64,000 nucleotides of DNA, from NCBI GenBank assembly GCA_963924565.1, contig OZ004615.1:19406001-19470000 (forward strand), written 5' to 3'. This document shows positions 27,021 to 38,294 of the stretch, in pieces. Numbering within the stretch: the first letter of the stretch is position 1; each line of letters begins with the position of its first letter. Origin of the DNA: Ascidiella aspersa (taxonomy: Eukaryota). A program made the position numbers and the translations under genes. The notes under the pieces are model-generated. The model searched no databases, was not told the origin of the DNA, and saw nothing but the letters and a program-made list of their open reading frames with translations.

Positions 27021-28094
27021 TGTCATGCGTTCGTCAGGTGCGAATCGGAAGACGCAAGGATCATTTTGAGGTTGGCCACAGAACATTTAGAAAATTGTAA
27101 AGTTAGGAAAAACTTTAGTTTTATTCGTTTAATTCTTTAGTTTATTTTACAGTATATTCCAAAGGTTCGCATTTACAGTTGCATTAATGTGTGGGTTATT
27201 ATAAATTGTCCTTCTTCTTTTAACATTTAGAAGTTATTCTTGATTACTTACACATTTCAGTTGATCACAACCAATTCAAGCAGAACTTTAAAAAGTGAGC
27301 CTCGGAATATTTTCAAAACAAAAGTGGGCCACAAACATACAAAGGTTAAGAGAACCCCTGTCTCAAATCCTATTTCCCACCCAACAACATAATGGTAAGG
27401 GTATATAGCTGGCCACCAAACTCCTGCGCTAATTCCCCACATCGACGAATGTGGGGCGAATCGGCAGGAACTCGCGCGCACCTGGCCGGCCACGGTCGCG
27501 TCGATTTCCCGATGTTTGTTTATTTAAAAAGATTTCCTCGCCGGCCGCCTTTTGGCGAGGTGACAGTTCACAAATGGAAGCTGTCAGTTTGGGAAGATGG
27601 AAGAGGGGTTAAAATGTCGCCCGGGCGCGCGTGGAAATGTTTTCAGACAGGAAGGACGGACTGATTGTCATTTGGTATGTTCTTAGAGCGAAAAAAAATC
27701 ACAACGGGTCTACAGGTGATCCTCCTAAAATTGCCAGGGCTTGATATTTTAAAAACTGAACGGCACTGGTTTGTAATGTTATTAGTGTCACTGTAGTATA
27801 TTTTGTTGCACCAAAATATACTCATTGTAAAATTATGTCACCGCTGCACGTTGTTTTTTATCTTTTTAAACTTTTTTTCAGTGAAATACATCTAACAATT
27901 TTTGTTCTTTTTTTAAACAACAAGTATGTTTTTAAGTCTATAAATTTTAGAAATGGCTGGAAATCATTTTTCCAAGAAATGATGGGAAAGTGCACTGATG
28001 CCGAAATCTTCAGTATTTTGACAACAATATTTACCAAAAAAACGTTGAGTTCCAGCTCCTGCGTATTTGGTTTCTGCTTATAGTGTTGTAAATT

Positions 28095-28288
28095 ATACCT
28101 GGCTTTCGATCATAATGGTTGGATGTTGAAGTAAGACGTAGTAGAAATATCAAAGCCCATATAGCAGTATAGGTATCATTTTGAACGTTTCGAATATATT
28201 ATTATTTATTTTCAACATTTGTTCATTCAAAATGATACCTATACTTCTGTATGGGCTTCGATAGTCTTACTACGTCATACCTGGCTTT
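28095..28288 (-). mobile_element. Hairpin insertion with degenerate hammerhead-like core and perfect 12-bp TSD
   Basis: 51-bp arms 28135-85/28226-76 (45/51) and TSD ATACCTGGCTTT (28095-106, 28277-88). Loop on minus strand TTGAAAA-T-AAATA[6]TATTC-GAAA-CGTT, three transitions away from CTGAAGA-T-GAATA. Confidence 0.75.
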
Positions 28289-28859
28289 GTTTCAAGGCAT
28301 GCATTGGTTTGCCACAAATTGCAAGACGGCAATTACTAAGTCGATTGCCTTTGTGCGAACCCAATCATTAATCGTCTCTCCAACATTACCGCAGAACCAT
28401 GCATTTGGGCTCATCTAAAACCGCATTTCTCCACGACAAAAAACGGACCTTGTAGAAAATTCGCCCGGGACCACGCGGTTTAGAGCGGTGCCGTAAATAA
28501 ACAAAGATCTCGCGACGAGGAAATCCTTAAAATTGCTATTTAGACAAATCCTCATTTTTGCGAAAGGTTTTAAAGCCAAGTCCTCTCGTTTTCGGCCTAG
28601 AGCCATAGCGCCGGGCTGTTGAACCCACAACCTTCGTGGTCTATGCTTCGGGAGATCTATTTTCATCTTCAAAGCCCGTTTCGGACCTTGCGGCGGCACG
28701 CGAGCCGTATCCGATTAGCTGGTGTGACATCACAGGCCTGCGTTTGTTTTGTCAACAATCACCGGGATTGTTTGTTGGCGGTGACGCAACAAGAGATTCG
28801 GCGGGAAATATCGGCACCTGTGTAAGTATATAATACTGGCGAGTGGTAGTCGCCTGGTG

Positions 28860-29312
28860 AAGGGGTTCTTGAACTTTTAGTATCGCGGACCCCTGAATAT
28901 TTTTTGAGGGGTGGTGTGGGCCAGGGTCGGCATGAAATTTCTAGAGATGACGTCATAAAACAAGTAGTCTTTAGGACATGCTTGTTTCAGTCCCACAAAT
29001 GTGAACCATGTTTCTCTGGCGATATATTTCTACTAACAAGGTTTTAGCCTGCTTTAAAAGGCTTAAAGTATAAAAGAGTATAATCTAAAATGGTTTCTAA
29101 GAAAAAATGTTAACGTAATTGCGCTTTTTTTAAAGATATATAGTTTCCTTTTCTAAAAAAGTAGTCAATTCCTTCTTAAGTAGTTAAATGTAGGTTCAAT
29201 GGTATATTTGTGATTGTAGATACAATGACATATTGTTATGTCATAAGATATCACCACATAAGATATCACCAACCCTCCTTTGGATCCCCGCCCCCGGTGC
29301 TAAGTACGCAAA
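28860..29312. mobile_element. Degraded hAT-like MITE
   Basis: Left end AGGGGTTCTTGAACTTTT..CGCGGACCCC; right end GGATCCCCG..CCCCGGTGCTAAG only loosely complementary. Confidence 0.4.
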
Positions 29313-30774
29313 TTTTCCCAGGAAATTGAGCTAGGCCACCGCAGCATACCATGACAACTTTAACCAGCAATTGACCTCTCGAAAGCAATTATATTTCGGA
29401 AATGTACACAAAGACCAAACGAGGACATTGAAATAAGCGTTTGGGATTATGCTAGCAATTACATAGGATGTATGTTGCCCTTGTGACTGACTTAACTAGC
29501 AGTCTGGTATCTCAGTGCACTCTGGCGTGTCGGAAGTATAATTTACAGCCACGTCGATGACAGATGCGGCTATATTTCTCAATTAAGCATTTGCTACAGC
29601 TCGTCTGTATTTCAACCTTGTGCAAATAAAACTTACGCTTCAAAGAAGCCTATACATCAAAGAAGATAAATCTGTAATGACATCTACTTTGTGCGTGCAA
29701 ATGAAATGCTTCCAAATAAGGAATGCCGCAAACGATATTTTGCAGCTGGTTTTAAAATGATTTGCAACTTTGAAATCGTCATGGAGTAGCTTGTTTCAAT
29801 TACTTAAGGCACGATTACACAATTAAATAAAAACTGATATTTTGTGACTGAGGCTAACTTATAAGTTGTTTAAACAAATTACTTGCATTTTAGTTCTTAA
29901 GGCAAAGGGTATACTACATAGTTTATTGACTGCCCTTATTTTAATTGGCTCATTAAGTTTCTTTTGCACTCTTGAATCACTTTGATTGCTATGAATGTTT
30001 TGTTACATTTTAATAGTTAAACTGCTTTAAAACTTCCCATATTTAAACTATTTATTGGTTTAAATTTGATTTGTTTGCTATGACAGTAACTTTGGACTTG
30101 CGCAGATACAGAACCTTGCTATTTGTAAAAAGCGACATCACTTTTGCTTAGTTATTTTTCGATTATAGATTAGCTTCTAATACCGTAATTTCAAAATTAC
30201 TAATACTAACACTGCTGTTGCAGTTATCCACGCTTAACGAAAATTATGCGCCGTGTTTGTTTACAATTTCCACAATAAAAAAACAAGAACGGTCGTTTTC
30301 TTTTCGCGAAATTCCACCGCGGCCTTTCCCATCGTCGCCTGTCAATCAAAGGGCTGCGCTTCGGTCGGAAAATCGCGTTAGCTCGGAGATGGCGACTCGG
30401 CTCACCTGTCAAGGCGCTCATTAATAATAATTGTTGCCGTCCGCTGGCAATTCCTCTCGGACGCGACTGGACGGAGATTACACGACGGGCTGGACACAGG
30501 CGGCGAACGCAGGAATTTTTAACTTGAACTTGCGCCGCTGTTCGTTTTCCAGCTTGCCGATCGTGCCGCTAAGAAGGCCTACTTCGTGATCAAACGGGCT
30601 GGTGAATTGTTGTTTTGAAATCCTACTTGCACAGTTACATAATAAGAGATTCGGGAAACGGTGGACACAGAAACTGTCAAGAAATCCGAGTTGTACAAAT
30701 CCTTGAAAACAAGACCCGTTAAGAAGTACTTCGAGGTTAAGAAATCGTTGGTCATCTTTTAGGTTCCTTTACAG

Positions 30775-30842
30775 CAGGGCTGAGCAATTATTTTTAGCAG
30801 AGTTCCGCATAACAATAGGAAAATATCTCAAGGGGTCGCGTC
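30775..30842. mobile_element. hAT-like MITE left terminus (right end not identified)
   Basis: CAGGGCTGAGCAA terminus followed by CCGCA and GGGTCGC subterminal motifs, like 34846. Confidence 0.35.
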
Positions 30843-31479
30843 TTTCTTAATTAGACTAGAATTAGAATTACCGAATTCGCAAACCTAGAAAACAAACTTT
30901 AAGTTCACCTATAGTATTAAATGTAAATAATTGATAATATAATGAATTTAGTTTTAATCGCAATTTATTTTCAAAGGAATTTGAATGGTCAAACATTGTT
31001 TAGCTAATATTAGTACTTCCAAAGCTTTTTAAACTCTAAAATTTACCTACAAGTTGTTCCGCCTAAGGAGTATCAATTTAAATTCTTTATTACTACTAAA
31101 AGCCAAAAAACTATAATTATATTGTTTTTTAATTCTACTCTCTATCAGACAATAACTTTAGCCGCAGACATTTTTTGATGTCAGCTTTAATCAGCAAAGT
31201 GACTTTGCGGTCCACCAGCAGAACAAAGGTGTGAAAGGCACTACTCACTACCATAGTTAAGACTGAGCCTCGTCAATTACAAGAAATGCAGGCCACATAC
31301 CGGTCCCAGTCAGCGCAAATCCACAGGTGGTGACTGCTATACAATTAGAACATTTTTCAGCTTTACCTGACTTTGTTGACATGGATTTTTTTCTCTTATC
31401 AACTCACTTCAATTGACATTGTTGTTCTTTGCAAATGGCAATAAAGTGTCTGTGAGTCGTCAATTTTAAAACAACTACT

Positions 31480-31762
31480 TAAAAGTCAAAATTAAATTTG
31501 GTAAAATCGCCCGATTGTAAATGAGCAATAATACAACTTTAAAAATAACAAAAACGCAACATGTTATCAAAAAAAAAAATTGTTTTGCTTGCAAAAACCA
31601 AGAAAAATGATCCAATTTTGTAAACAATGGTTTATGAAAACACTTCATTTTAACCGAATTTATTTGAATCGACTTAAGTCTAAGTTAAAGACTTAAGTCC
31701 AAGTCTGGTTCTTTGCCAGAAACACTTAAGTGCAGTCAAGTCATTGACGTAAGTAGTTACTG
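31480..31762 (+). mobile_element. AAGTC-rich MITE internal/3' fragment
   Basis: ATGAGCAATAATACAACTTTAAAAATAACAAAAACGCAACAT aligns with 8163-8203, followed by GACTTAAGTC repeats. Confidence 0.7.
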
Positions 31763-31944
31763 AACTGTTAAAAGTGTATCAAAACGTATAGGTTTTCCTT
31801 ATAAATTCAATGTTTATAAGTGTTAGGATTTTAAACGCGCAAACATTGGCGCACAGTCTTCCCGCATCCTAAAATCGCAATTTAGCCTTGACCATTTTCA
31901 GTAAAAAATTAACGATATTCGGGTGAAATCCGTACACTCGCGTG

Positions 31945-32356
31945 CAGTGGCGTAGCCAGCCGAAAATTTTGGGGAGGGGGGCAAAAAGTTTGAACTTTTT
32001 GTTTAGCTTTTGTCATTATATTTACCGCCGTAACGAACACAATAAGAATGTTAGCAAACCGTTTCGAGCAGCAACTGACTGAGTGTTAACGCAATACTCC
32101 ATTTCCAAGAAAACCATTCAAACAGCAAAAAATGACTTTTATGTAGTAAAACTACATTAATGTATAGCAAATGTAGTATTAACTACATCGTTTGTGACGT
32201 AACAGTGCATGACAATTGAAGGTGTGGCATGCCTGTGATCGACTGTTGTGGTACTGCTCACAAATGCTAAAAAAACAAAGTATTAAGAGTAAAATATTTA
32301 TAAATTTTTGGGGGGCCATGGCCCCTCAGCTCCCCCCCTCCCTGGCTACGCCTATG
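31945..32356. mobile_element. Non-autonomous hAT (Tip100-like) MITE
   Basis: TIR CAGTGGCGTAGCCAG / CTGGCTACGCCTATG, G/C-run subtermini, and perfect 8-bp TSD CTCGCGTG (31937-44, 32357-64). Confidence 0.92.
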
Positions 32357-34845
32357 CTCGCGTGCCCTATAAGTCCAAAGCGTTTGGTTGACAACCGCGC
32401 ATCAATCGAGTTTAATTAGTTCGCCTTTTCCGTATTTGTTTGTTTATGCTGCTGTGCAAGTAATGGATGTTTTGAGAAAAAGCTACAATAAAAGTGCACT
32501 GGCTGCGACCCCCGAATCGCTTCTCGCCACCAACTGAAGCTACTTGAGACGCGAGCACCGGACGTCAACATTTTGATGCATCAGTTTTCCGCAAATTGCA
32601 AATCTGTCTGGCATATACTAACTTGTGCAGCAAAAGGATGGTTAAAATCAGTACCATATACAATTGATGGCGGTTTTCTCAATGAAGTATTTTGACCTAC
32701 ACAGAGTAGTAACACAAACAACACTTTGTATCAGTAAGGAGATTAAGTATATTTCGACTAATATTACCGTTTTGTCTAAATTATTGCCCGTGTAAGGCTA
32801 TATTGTATGGCAGGCGTTAAACACACAAGTTTTAAACTTTGTTAACAAAGAATCAATGTAATTTATCATTACATTAAATTACTTGCTTATGTGCCACTTA
32901 TTTTTGTTTTAAAACAATATTACTTAAAATTTATTAATGAACAATTGGTCGCATCACTTTAAATCAAACAACAAATTTCAATATTTTAAATTTTAGTAGA
33001 ATATATATTTTTTTAATTTGCAAATCTTTTCAGCTAATTGTTTGAACTATTATTTCTGTTTTAAAATTTGACAACTTAAAACAAACACACTTTCGCTTGT
33101 ACGTTATATAAAGTGTTTCACCAGAAGTTGACCAACAATTCCAACAGTCATCCTGATGCAGTCTAAGGATGGTGAAGACAGTTGTTACCTTTTGTTGTCG
33201 ACAAACTGAACGTGTAAATCTTAGAAGGTATTGCGACGGTCCCGATATGGCACTATTAGCCTTCACCATACCCAGAAAATGTCAAATACTTTGATACATC
33301 GTTCAAAAACTCACTTCAATCTACTGAGAAGTGTGTCTCACCACGAGGGTGTTTTCCTTAAGTTTATAAAGTTAGGTTAACAATGCGCAACAAAGTTGAG
33401 GTGTAGAGAAAATAAAACGAAATCGACGTTTTTTAATGTTGAAACTAGTAAACAATTTTTAGTGCAAAGAACGTGTCAATTTTAGTGGTATAAAATAAAA
33501 AAAAAACGGAATTTTATCAATGTTGCCTTTTTTACTATGGTGATGACGTCAGTTCGTATCAGATCGAACAGCAGCACTTCTTGCCAAAAAGTAATTATAA
33601 TACAAAAATTTCGGGAAAAAAATACAAAGTATCAGGCTTCTCTAATTACAAACTGTATTTTGTGCAATCTTAAATCATATTTTTTGTTGTTAGTTTTAAG
33701 ATAATTACGAAGAATATGAATATACTGTTGCTGCCAGGCATGCCAGGCATACGAAGAATATGTTTTGTACGACACTATCGCTTATTTGTAGTATGCGGCG
33801 TGTGAAACAGAAATTTGACGGTAAAGTCGGGGCGGCGAAAGGTCGTGACGTAACAGCATTTTCGACGTATTTTAAAGTGAAAAAGATCCCAATAACAGTT
33901 TGTGAAATCCTTGTGTCGTGAAGAAATTCATGTTTAGGCTTCTATTTTTATGAAAGAATGCCGACAGCGATTCATGATATATAGTCCTTACTCATCTTGA
34001 AATCTGTAGTAATCTGCGAACAATTGAAAGGCCTATTTGATTTCGGGAATAGTGAAATGTGTTCCACCAGCAATCAAAAAAACATTTTAAATGTTATAAA
34101 ATCGGTGTAAAGTTGTTATACAAACGGAAATTGATAGATAGCGTTGAGTTAAATCGTACCATATGCCCTCTGTATGACCCCACATGTCCAACTGCGCTAG
34201 TCAAACAAGTCACAGCCCCGAATCGGGGTTGTTACAACATGGGTGACCCGACCCGCCCGTCGGGGGTAACGTCTGGGCGCCCCGGGTGCAACGGGCCCCC
34301 TGCTGGCTATTTACACACCCTCCAGGCCACATCGCGGCTTTTATGTTTATGAATGGCCAACGTCGCTTCAATATGTTGCGCGACGGTTTTCGTATTTGAT
34401 TTTGCGCTTAACTGAAATCACATTTTCAAGTGCGCGACCTTGAACTGACCTTTAAAAACGGGCACCCAAAAATGACTTTGGGACATTAAAAAAGTTTTGA
34501 CTTAACAATGCATCTTGGTTTGCTAATGTTTGTACAGGTTACAAGGCTTTAAAATTTTCTAACTTTTACATAGAAACGCAACTCACAATATTTCGTGTTG
34601 AGTTAAGGCGTTATTTTAAAATAATAGGCAAAGGGAAGGACGGACCACACATAAGAATATAGGTCTTCAATTTTTTTAAATTCTAAATTTCCTTTAAGGA
34701 TTACAAAAATTTGTGTAAGCGATACTTTTTAAAGACCAATCAAGCTATTTTACACACGAACATTAAGTTGATTCCAGTCAAATAACACTGACCCAAAGAC
34801 AACCCAAGTTAGTGAATAAAGTCATTACCACACAGGCCCATATGG

Positions 34846-35651
34846 CAGGTCTGCACAACTCAAAATGGTACAAGGGCCGCAGCAAGAAAAACATTTTCTT
34901 CGCGGGCCGCATATTAACGTTGATGCAATGGTATTCTATACTATTTCAGGTTGGCAAGAATATGTGATTTTAATATAGGCCTGTAATATTATGTTAATGA
35001 TTTGATCATATTTAGGAGACATAAAAGGCAAAATAGCAAAGCTTTTACTACAGAGTGTAAGAATACACACGGCACGGGACCTTTAGGCTAAAACATTCTC
35101 ATAAAAGTAAAGGCCCAAAAGGCACTGTAAAGCAAAGGACGCGATTTTGTTTTCTTTTAAGTAGTTCAAATAAGCGAACAAATAGTTAGGTGCGGAGCCT
35201 TCAAATCGCGCGTTGGATTTCACAATATTGAATATTAATAATTTTTTCAAAAAACAACTTGATTTACAGACAAATCCTTGTAAACCAGATTAAGCGGCCA
35301 AAACGCCCGACACAACGAATGGAATGTTCCGTTATGCAATATTACAGAACAGAAATTATTCTTAACAACCGTGCCAACAAATGCCAGTGTTGCACTGAAT
35401 ATGTGAATAATGGAAATCACCTTGACCTTTGCAAGATAAATGTCGACCTTAATTCCATATCAGTAACAGCAAAATACTCTAGCAAAACTAGCAATTCAGG
35501 TCAGACACAATAAACAGATCTTAAAAGATAGAAATGCCAGCTTAAATTTATCTGTCGACAATCATTTGAAATTAAATTAATAAACAGAAAAACATTACTA
35601 CGTCACGAGCCGCATTAAAAGGTTGCGCGGGCTGTATGTTGTGCAGGCCTG
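34846..35651. mobile_element. Non-autonomous hAT (Charlie-like) element, ~0.8 kb
   Basis: TIR CAGGTCTGCACAAC / GTTGTGCAGGCCTG (13/14) and GGGCCGCA-type subterminal repeats at both ends; TSD not preserved. Confidence 0.82.
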
Positions 35652-37474
35652 ATCAATAGTGAAGAGTTAATATCTATATTATTTTATTTCTAAAAATATA
35701 TCGTTTGTTTTAAACGTATGTTTCCGTTTGACAATCGGGCCTTGGTAGCTACCGATATAGTTAGCAACAGCATATTTAGAGATATAGTTGTTTTGCAAAA
35801 TCAACAGAAACAACACGAGTCGACAGACACGCTTCCGCGGTTATTTTAGGCTTGGTAAAACTTCAAAGCACTCGACGTTTCGTGATGCGATTTAAAAACA
35901 AATCTAGCAAAACTAGAGCGTCAATTTTTTCAAAGCGCGAGTCGAAATGACGTCTACAAAAAAAAATGAATTCGCGTTTCATTAAGTTTCGGATTAATCC
36001 TAGGCCAGGGCTAAAAGGCGCATTACGTAAATAAACATCCCGACTCGCAAAAAGGGTGCGATTGGCGCGAGGCGAACGTAACCCGAACGCGATTTCAAAG
36101 CGAAAAGCCTCTCCAATGTATCAAACACAAAATAAAGTGACGCCAAGCACAGAAGCCAACAGTAGCCGTTCGCTTTGATCTGCGGCGTGTTTTTGCTGTC
36201 CCGGCCGCCGCACAATGCAGTGTTACGTTTGCGGCGGCCCGTGCAGTTTATGTACAGATTAACCTTGTCTAGAATAACAGGGCTTCCGAGTCTGGGCTGC
36301 GCTGGAACGTATAGGCTACACCGACTGAGGCTACTGGACGAGCGAGAGCGGGCATTAGCGCACCGAGAAATGCCTGGCAGCCTATTTCTGTTCCCGTGTG
36401 ATCGATGTGTTTTGTGATGGGTAGCCCGGGCCAGGCATTGAGGCGGCGCTGTCAATGCCGTGTGGCCACGGCGTTTAGAGCAAGTTTTATTTTAAGTGGA
36501 GAAAAGTTAAGTTTCCGTCCAACAACTGTTCCTTCCTTCCAATGTAGGCGGTATTTCTCATCGTCGTTTGTGAATTTTGCACAGAACTTAAACCAAGAGA
36601 TACTATAACATTGACACATTACTATTAGGATACGATATTTCTATACCAAGCGGTACAAACTATACACCGGGAATGTTTGGATGAAGCAAAGAGGGTTACA
36701 GAAATCGGTTGACCTACGAACGATTTCAGCCAAATATGCCAATATATATAGCTGAAATGTACAGCGGTATAATTGCTATTGAGTTTCAAGTCTTGCACTT
36801 TGCCTAAACGTTTATCTAAAATCTAAATGATAGAGGCTTCACAGTGGTATTTCAAACTAAATGGAATGATCTTCTGTTGATAAGAAATGAAATATCCCAT
36901 AACTGGTGGCTTTTAGGATACTGGTTAGTGGTGGGCCACCGTAAACTTGGTTTAGGGTGGTGCAATGGAACCAATATTGAAGCAATCCCTCAACTCTTGT
37001 CCTCGACCCAAAAAGAGTGACAGATATATTCAGTGCAAGACGAACTGCGATTTCGATATCTGCGCTTTAGATAGATTTAAAAAGCGTATTCTTTAGAATT
37101 TATTGTCGTAATCAAAGTCAGTCATTTGATAAGCTAAAAAGAGCAATTTAGTTCGCCAAAGGACACCTTCAGCAGATCCTATTTCTATAATGAAACAATA
37201 TTTCTGTTTACATCTTTTAAGATGACTGACCTTGATTAAGACAGAAAAATCCAAAGAATATCTGTTTTATTTTGGATTGGATTTTGTTATACACTTACAA
37301 GGTCGAGGATAGATCTTGTTCATAAACATTCAGTTTATCATATTCAAGCAGAGGCCGAATTTTGCGAAGCGGCAGCAGGCTATACGACATACGTCATTGG
37401 CCAGTAGTGGCGAGCGGCGAAAGCCACGGCTGCGGGCGGCACTCGAGATTTGCCCGTCGATAAGAATTCCTGGA

Positions 37475-37502
37475 GGGTTGAGGGGTTGGGGGGTGGGGAG
37501 GG
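37475..37502 (+). other. Potential G-quadruplex
   Basis: GGG-TTGA-GGGG-TT-GGGGGG-T-GGGG-A-GGG inside a GC island. Confidence 0.55.
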
Positions 37503-37857
37503 TGGTTTAACACAGGGCGACGCTATCGGGATAAAAGGGGCCGGGATTCTCCGTCGGCCTGCTGAGCCCGGCGAGAGTGCCTCCATTTGAACGGGCCGCG
37601 TTTCCTCCTATCACCGGATTGATTTCGCATAAAGGCCCATCAATTTGCGTTGAGTGCTTCGCCGCCGCCGCGTCCCAACCCTGTCCAGCCTTCGCTTTCG
37701 ACTTTGCGCTTTCGATCTACGAGAGCCGCAGCTTATGAGCTGAACGCGGTTTCTTGCTCGATGCCGTGGTCGAAATGACCACCTTAAACATGAGGCATAC
37801 AGGTGGGGCTTTTTTCCACTTGGTAAAACGTTTATGTACAAATGTGTGATTCCCTAT

Positions 37858-37935
37858 CATTGTTGTAATGAAGTAAGTTATTCACTTGACTTAAGCCACT
37901 GTTTTTAAATTACTTAACTTGACTTATCGTAAGTC
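37858..37935 (-). mobile_element. AAGTC-rich MITE terminal fragment (reverse orientation)
   Basis: CATTGTTGTAATGA terminus; GACTTAAGCCACTGTTTT is the near reverse complement of 8402-8420. Confidence 0.65.
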
Positions 37936-37973
37936 TTTGTGGCAAATTAGGGGGCAAGTGGAAAAAGCCCACC

Positions 37974-38294
37974 CCTTTAAGAATATGATGGCTTCTTGAA
38001 ATATTGAAGACGAGTTTTTAATGCTAATTTAGCTTTGGTGGCGATTTCCAGTTGATTTCGTTCATTTACACATTCAAGGTGAATGTTCAAAAGGGTAACT
38101 TGGGCATTGCCTGCACGTTTCACTCTGGATGGGCGATTGATATACCTTTAGAAATATGATGAAGCTTCTTGAAATATTGGAGAAGAGTTTTTAATGAGCT
38201 ACTAGCGATGATGACTTCCAGTTGATCCCTTACATTTACATAAATTTAAGGTGAATGTGCAAAACAGTAACTTGGTTATTGGTTGCACGTTACA
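37974..38294. repeat. Diverged tandem duplication, ~171-bp period
   Basis: 37974-38122 aligns with 38145-38294 (GCTTCTTGAAATATTG, TTCCAGTTGAT, AAGGTGAATGT and GTAACTTGG shared). Confidence 0.85.

Noticed and set aside
33150-33195. CTAAGGATGGTGA...TTACC resembling a hammerhead 5' half
   Set aside because: The GAAAC half is absent and no arms or TSD are visible.
37974-38294. 171-bp period suggesting 57-aa LRR exon repeats
   Set aside because: The minus-strand frames examined contain stops and no LxxLxLxxN pattern, and the ORF track shows no ORF spanning the units.
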